A stretch of DNA of 64,000 nt from Clostridiales bacterium. Its GTDB lineage: Bacteria; Bacillota; Clostridia; Lachnospirales; JAQSXR01. The stretch is taken from contig JAQSXR010000004.1 in the NCBI GenBank assembly GCA_029256575.1, positions 2,514 through 66,513 of the forward strand. Direction: 5' to 3'. Shown in pieces: positions 60,725-64,000 of this stretch. How positions within the stretch are numbered: the first letter of the stretch is position 1; every line of letters starts with the position of its first letter. A program made the translations under genes and the position numbers. The notes under the pieces are model-generated. The model did not search any database. It saw only the letters and a program-made list of their open reading frames with translations, and had not been told where the DNA came from.

Positions 60725-61900
60725 TTAGCGTCTTTGAGTCATACCAGATCTTACTGGTCTTTCTTGCCTAGTTTGCATATCAGGCCTAACGGGCATATCA
60801 GGTCTAATTGGCATACCTGGTGTCATCGGTGTTCCTGGTGTACCTGGAGTCATCGGCATTCCTGGTGTTCTAGGCGTACCTGGAGTCATCGGCATTCCTG
60901 GAGTTCTAGGCATTCCTGGAGTCATCGGCATTCCTGGAGTCATCGGCATTCCTGGAGTCATCGGCATTCCTGGAGTCATCGGCATTCCTGGAGTCATCGG
61001 CATTCCTGGTGTTCCTGGAGTACCTGGAGTCATTGGCATTCCTTGCGTTCCTGGCATTCCTGGTGTCATTGGCATTCCATTTGTTCTCGGCATCCCTGGT
61101 GTCATCGGCATTCCTTGGGTTCCTGGCATCCCTGGTGTCATTGGCATTCCATTTGTTCTCGGCATTCCTGGTGTCATTGGCATTCCATTTGTTCTCGGCG
61201 GCATCCCTGGTGTCATTGGCATTCCATTGCTCCCATTATTCATATAACCATTATTCATATGGTTTTCATTATTCATATTACCATTATCCATCCCATTGCG
61301 ATTCATATTTTTGTTTATATCATCCATACCATTCCTATTAAAATTATTCATACCATTATAGTTCATAGTAGGTCTTGTTTCTACGTTGCTTCCCCATCTA
61401 CTTCTATCCCATCTATCTCCTTCATTTCTGCCGTCTCTTCCGTCTCTATCCCAATCTCTATCTCTGTCTCTGTCTCTATCCCTATCTCTATCTCTATCTC
61501 TTCCATCTTTATCTTTATCATCTCTGTCTTTATCGTCTCTGTCCCATCTTCCTCCATCCCATCTTCCTCTGTTCCATCTGTCTCTATCCCATCTATCTCT
61601 ATCCCATCTACCTCTATCCCATCTATCTCTATCCCATCTATCTCTTTCGTCCCTGTCTCTATCCCATCTGTCTCTATCCCATCTGTCTCTATCCCATCTA
61701 TCCCTATCCCATCTATCATCGATACGGTCAACTATTATCCTTGGCAGGTCTCTCGATCCCCATTCTGGCAAAGGTATTGGCCAAACTACCTGTTGCGCAT
61801 TAGTAGCTTTGTTTGTTTCTTGTACTTGTTTCTCATCTAATTTGGGGTAATGTTTACTAGTTTTAATAGTATTTGCTCTAGAACAATCTTTACAAGCCAT
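60725..61900 (-). CDS. Hypothetical low-complexity protein: unique N-terminus, RDRW repeats, N/M/G-rich block, MPMTPG repeats
   Basis: ATG preceded by GAAGGAG at 8 nt and followed by the stem-loop at 60578-60652. All other frames are open only because the DNA is repetitive. Confidence 0.65.
   Translation of the reverse strand: MACKDCSRANTIKTSKHYPKLDEKQVQETNKATNAQQVVWPIPLPEWGSRDLPRIIVDRIDDRWDRDRWDRDRWDRDRWDRDRDERDRWDRDRWDRGRWDRDRWDRDRWNRGRWDGGRWDRDDKDRDDKDKDGRDRDRDRDRDRDRDRDWDRDGRDGRNEGDRWDRSRWGSNVETRPTMNYNGMNNFNRNGMDDINKNMNRNGMDNGNMNNENHMNNGYMNNGSNGMPMTPGMPPRTNGMPMTPGMPRTNGMPMTPGMPGTQGMPMTPGMPRTNGMPMTPGMPGTQGMPMTPGTPGTPGMPMTPGMPMTPGMPMTPGMPMTPGMPMTPGMPRTPGMPMTPGTPRTPGMPMTPGTPGTPMTPGMPIRPDMPVRPDMQTRQERPVRSGMTQRR
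60911..61000. repeat. Five perfect tandem copies of an 18-bp unit (CATTCCTGGAGTCATCGG), coding for MTPGMP
   Basis: Read directly. Degenerate copies extend over about 60780-61230. Confidence 0.95.
61381..61740. repeat. Degenerate 15-bp and dinucleotide-codon repeats coding for (W)DRDR
   Basis: ATCCCATCT(A/G)TCTCT units and a TCTCTATCTCT... run. Confidence 0.9.
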
Positions 61901-62005
61901 AAATATACTCCTTCACAATATTATAATTAGTTATTATCACTTTATAATATGCAAACTCCTATAAAAGGGGTGTAAATAATCTATTATTTTTTGTACTTCA
62001 TTCTT

Positions 62006-62129
62006 GAATTATAGCGTCAAAAGTAAATAGTTTTTACTATAACAACTACAAATAGTGTCTCGACGTTTCAACGAACACTATTTGTAGTGTGTTATAATGT
62101 AAAACTTACTTTTGACACTATAATTATTC
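62006..62129. repeat. 124-bp imperfect palindrome (two ~55-bp arms)
   Basis: Left arm AATTATAGCGTCAAAAGTAA...CTACAAATAGTGT pairs with right arm ACACTATTTGTAG...TTACTTTTGACACTATAATT. Several perfect blocks of 8-13 bp are separated by small indels. Confidence 0.85.
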
Positions 62130-62154
62130 TTTTATATTCAAGAGAAAATAAATA

Positions 62155-62183
62155 TTGAAATATATGTCTATTTATATCATAAT
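62155..62183 (+). promoter_or_regulatory. Sigma-A-type promoter for the ABC exporter pair
   Basis: TTGAAA-17 nt-CATAAT, about 40 nt upstream of the ATG at 62225. Confidence 0.45.
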
Positions 62184-62224
62184 AAGAAATGCACGAACAA
62201 TCTCGTATATATAAGGAGTCATCA

Positions 62225-63973
62225 ATGAAAAGAAAACATTTTTTAATTCACTATATTAATAAATATAAATGGAAGTATCTTTTTGGGATAATAACACTTT
62301 TCATTGTAGATATCTTCAACTTATTTATCCCACAGTTAACCGGAGAAATTACAGATGGCTTGCAGACCCACTCTTTAGATATGGGTGGAGTTCTATCTAT
62401 TGTACTTAAGATTTTATTCGTTGGACTCGTTATTGCAATTGGTAGATTCTTTTGGAGATACTTTATTTTTGGTTCAGCTAGACTAATAGAATTTGAAATA
62501 AGAAATAACATGTTTAAACACTTGTCAGGATTATCCACTCGTTACTTCAATAATAATAAAACTGGTGATTTAATGGCACATTTTACAAATGATATGAGTG
62601 CTATTCGTATGTCTATCGGTCCTGCCGTGATAACGTCTTTTGATGCAACTATCATGACAATAATGGTTTTAGTAAAAATGATAACTCATATCGATATGAA
62701 ATTAACCTTTGTCGCAGTTATTCCACTTTTTTTCATTGCGTTTGGCAGCATTTTATATGGTAAAGCAGCCGAAGCACGCTTTGAAGCAAAACAGCAAGCG
62801 TTTTCAGATTTAACAGACCAGGTACAAGAAAGCATTTCTGGGGTTCGAGTTATTAAAGCATTTGTTCAAGAAAGAAAAGAGCTAAAAGCTTTTGCAATCG
62901 CTAACAGAAATAACATGGATAAAAACATGAGGGTCGTTAAATTGCAAGCTATCGTCATGCCTTTGTTAGATATCGTTATTGGTATTAGTAGTCTAATTAC
63001 TTTACTATATGGCGGTTATTTAGCTATTATCGGGGAAATAACCTTAGGTAAATTTATTGCTTTTAATCAATATATCGGTATGCTCGTTTGGCCCATGATT
63101 GCAGCTGGTGAAAGTATAACCCTATTCTCACAAGGGCATGCTTCACTCAATCGAATTAAAGATATATTTAATGAACAATCTGATGTATTTGACAATGATA
63201 ATGTCAAAGATATTCAATCTATAGAGGGGACAATAGAATTTAAAGATTTAACTTTCTTTTATCCAGAATCAAGTTACCCCGCTTTGCAAAATATTACATT
63301 GAAAGTAGAAAAAGGATCCACTCTAGCTATATTAGGAAGAACTGGCAGTGGAAAAACAACTTTTGCTAATCTCTTATTGCACTTATACAATACCGATCAA
63401 AACTCAATACATATCGATGGCAATGATATCTGCGAAATCCCTCTTAATACACTTAGAGAAAACATTGCTTATGTTCCTCAAGACAATTTTTTATTTTCCG
63501 ATACATTACAAAATAATATTGCGTTTGGTGCGAATACAAATGATATTAATTTAGTCTATGATGCAGCAAAACTTGCAAACATACATGATAATATAATGGA
63601 TTTTCCAGAAAACTATGATACCATGGTTGGCGAAAGAGGCGTTACCTTATCTGGTGGCCAAAAACAAAGAAGTTCAATTGCACGAGCACTTATGAAAAAT
63701 TCTCCAATCTTAATTCTTGACGATGCCTTATCTGCTGTTGATACAGACACGGAAGAAAAGATTCTTGCAAATTTAAAGAAAAATAGAATTAATAAAACAA
63801 CAATAATAATAGCACACAGAATCTCTACTATACAAAATGCGGATCATATACTTGTTCTTGATGATGGGAAAATAGTCGAATACGGAACTCACGAGTATTT
63901 ATTGTCACTTAAGGGAACGTATTCTACTATTTATGAAACTCAACAACTTGAAAAACAGCTTGAAAATGAGTAG
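62225..63973 (+). CDS. ABC exporter, fused permease/ATPase (first of a probable heterodimeric pair)
   Basis: AAGGAG RBS. 6-TM domain, Walker A GRTGSGKTT, LSGGQKQR, ILILDDALS. Confidence 0.9.
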   Translation: MKRKHFLIHYINKYKWKYLFGIITLFIVDIFNLFIPQLTGEITDGLQTHSLDMGGVLSIVLKILFVGLVIAIGRFFWRYFIFGSARLIEFEIRNNMFKHLSGLSTRYFNNNKTGDLMAHFTNDMSAIRMSIGPAVITSFDATIMTIMVLVKMITHIDMKLTFVAVIPLFFIAFGSILYGKAAEARFEAKQQAFSDLTDQVQESISGVRVIKAFVQERKELKAFAIANRNNMDKNMRVVKLQAIVMPLLDIVIGISSLITLLYGGYLAIIGEITLGKFIAFNQYIGMLVWPMIAAGESITLFSQGHASLNRIKDIFNEQSDVFDNDNVKDIQSIEGTIEFKDLTFFYPESSYPALQNITLKVEKGSTLAILGRTGSGKTTFANLLLHLYNTDQNSIHIDGNDICEIPLNTLRENIAYVPQDNFLFSDTLQNNIAFGANTNDINLVYDAAKLANIHDNIMDFPENYDTMVGERGVTLSGGQKQRSSIARALMKNSPILILDDALSAVDTDTEEKILANLKKNRINKTTIIIAHRISTIQNADHILVLDDGKIVEYGTHEYLLSLKGTYSTIYETQQLEKQLENE

Positions 63974-63983
63974 GAGGGGTAAA

Positions 63984-64000
63984 ATGACAAAACAAAAACA
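63984..64000 (+). CDS. Start of a downstream ORF (likely the partner ABC exporter subunit); runs off the right edge
   Basis: AGGAGGGG RBS 5 nt before ATG (MTKQK...). Only 17 nt are visible. Confidence 0.35.

Noticed and set aside
60677-61850. Plus-strand ORFs of 387, 110, 142 and 154 aa, and a nested minus-strand 116-aa ORF, across the repeat region
   Set aside because: These frames are open only because the DNA is built of stop-free short repeats. They start with non-ATG codons, have no RBS, and translate to homopolymer-like SHRHSW / LSLS strings. The minus-strand 391-aa ORF has an ATG, an RBS and a terminator.

Overview
AT-rich chromosomal segment of a spore-forming, low-GC Firmicute (Clostridia-like), read by eye with no database searches. 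It holds about 55 protein genes and 2 tRNAs. I found no rRNA, CRISPR array, transposase or integrase.

(1) 0.9-21.7 kb, all on the minus strand: the conserved origin-proximal block known from B. subtilis. Order is glgC-glgD, spoVG, a short glmU, pth, mfd, two PrsA-like PPIases, spoVT, hup, yabO-yabP-yabQ-divIC, tRNA-Met, spoIIE, tilS, hpt, ftsH.

(2) 21.9-54.5 kb, housekeeping and metabolism: murC, an orphan LytTR regulator, dnaD-like and dnaI-like genes behind a DnaA-box cluster, tRNA-Arg, nadE, an ABC exporter, and nrdDG with an NrdR box. Then a LysM-GH18 protein, ansA, adhE, an ABC-2 exporter, sdaAB/sdaAA, mgsA, and a long nucleoside-salvage operon (deoC-deoD-deoB-cdd-nupNOPQ-pdp).

(3) 54.9-62.1 kb, the only accessory-looking part. 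It contains four decayed genes:
- a GH1 phospho-beta-glucosidase with an in-frame deletion of its acid/base motif;
- a D-Ala-D-Ala carboxypeptidase that has lost its 5' end;
- a response-regulator stub;
- an Old-Yellow-Enzyme gene frameshifted in an A5 run.

These surround an intact, overlapping ABC-type ATPase + Toprim (RloB-like) gene pair. This pair is the best candidate for a defence system (split-OLD / AbiL / PARIS-like architecture). Next to it lies a very unusual 391-aa low-complexity protein with RDRW repeats, an N/M-rich block and MPMTPG repeats.

Non-coding oddities:
- (GTTTTA)n/(TGTTTTA)n microsatellites plus a 255-bp foldback element with 40-bp perfect arms, between spoVG and glmU;
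- an inverted copy of the yabP 5' end in its own leader;
- several tandem-repeat arrays;
- a 124-bp palindrome.
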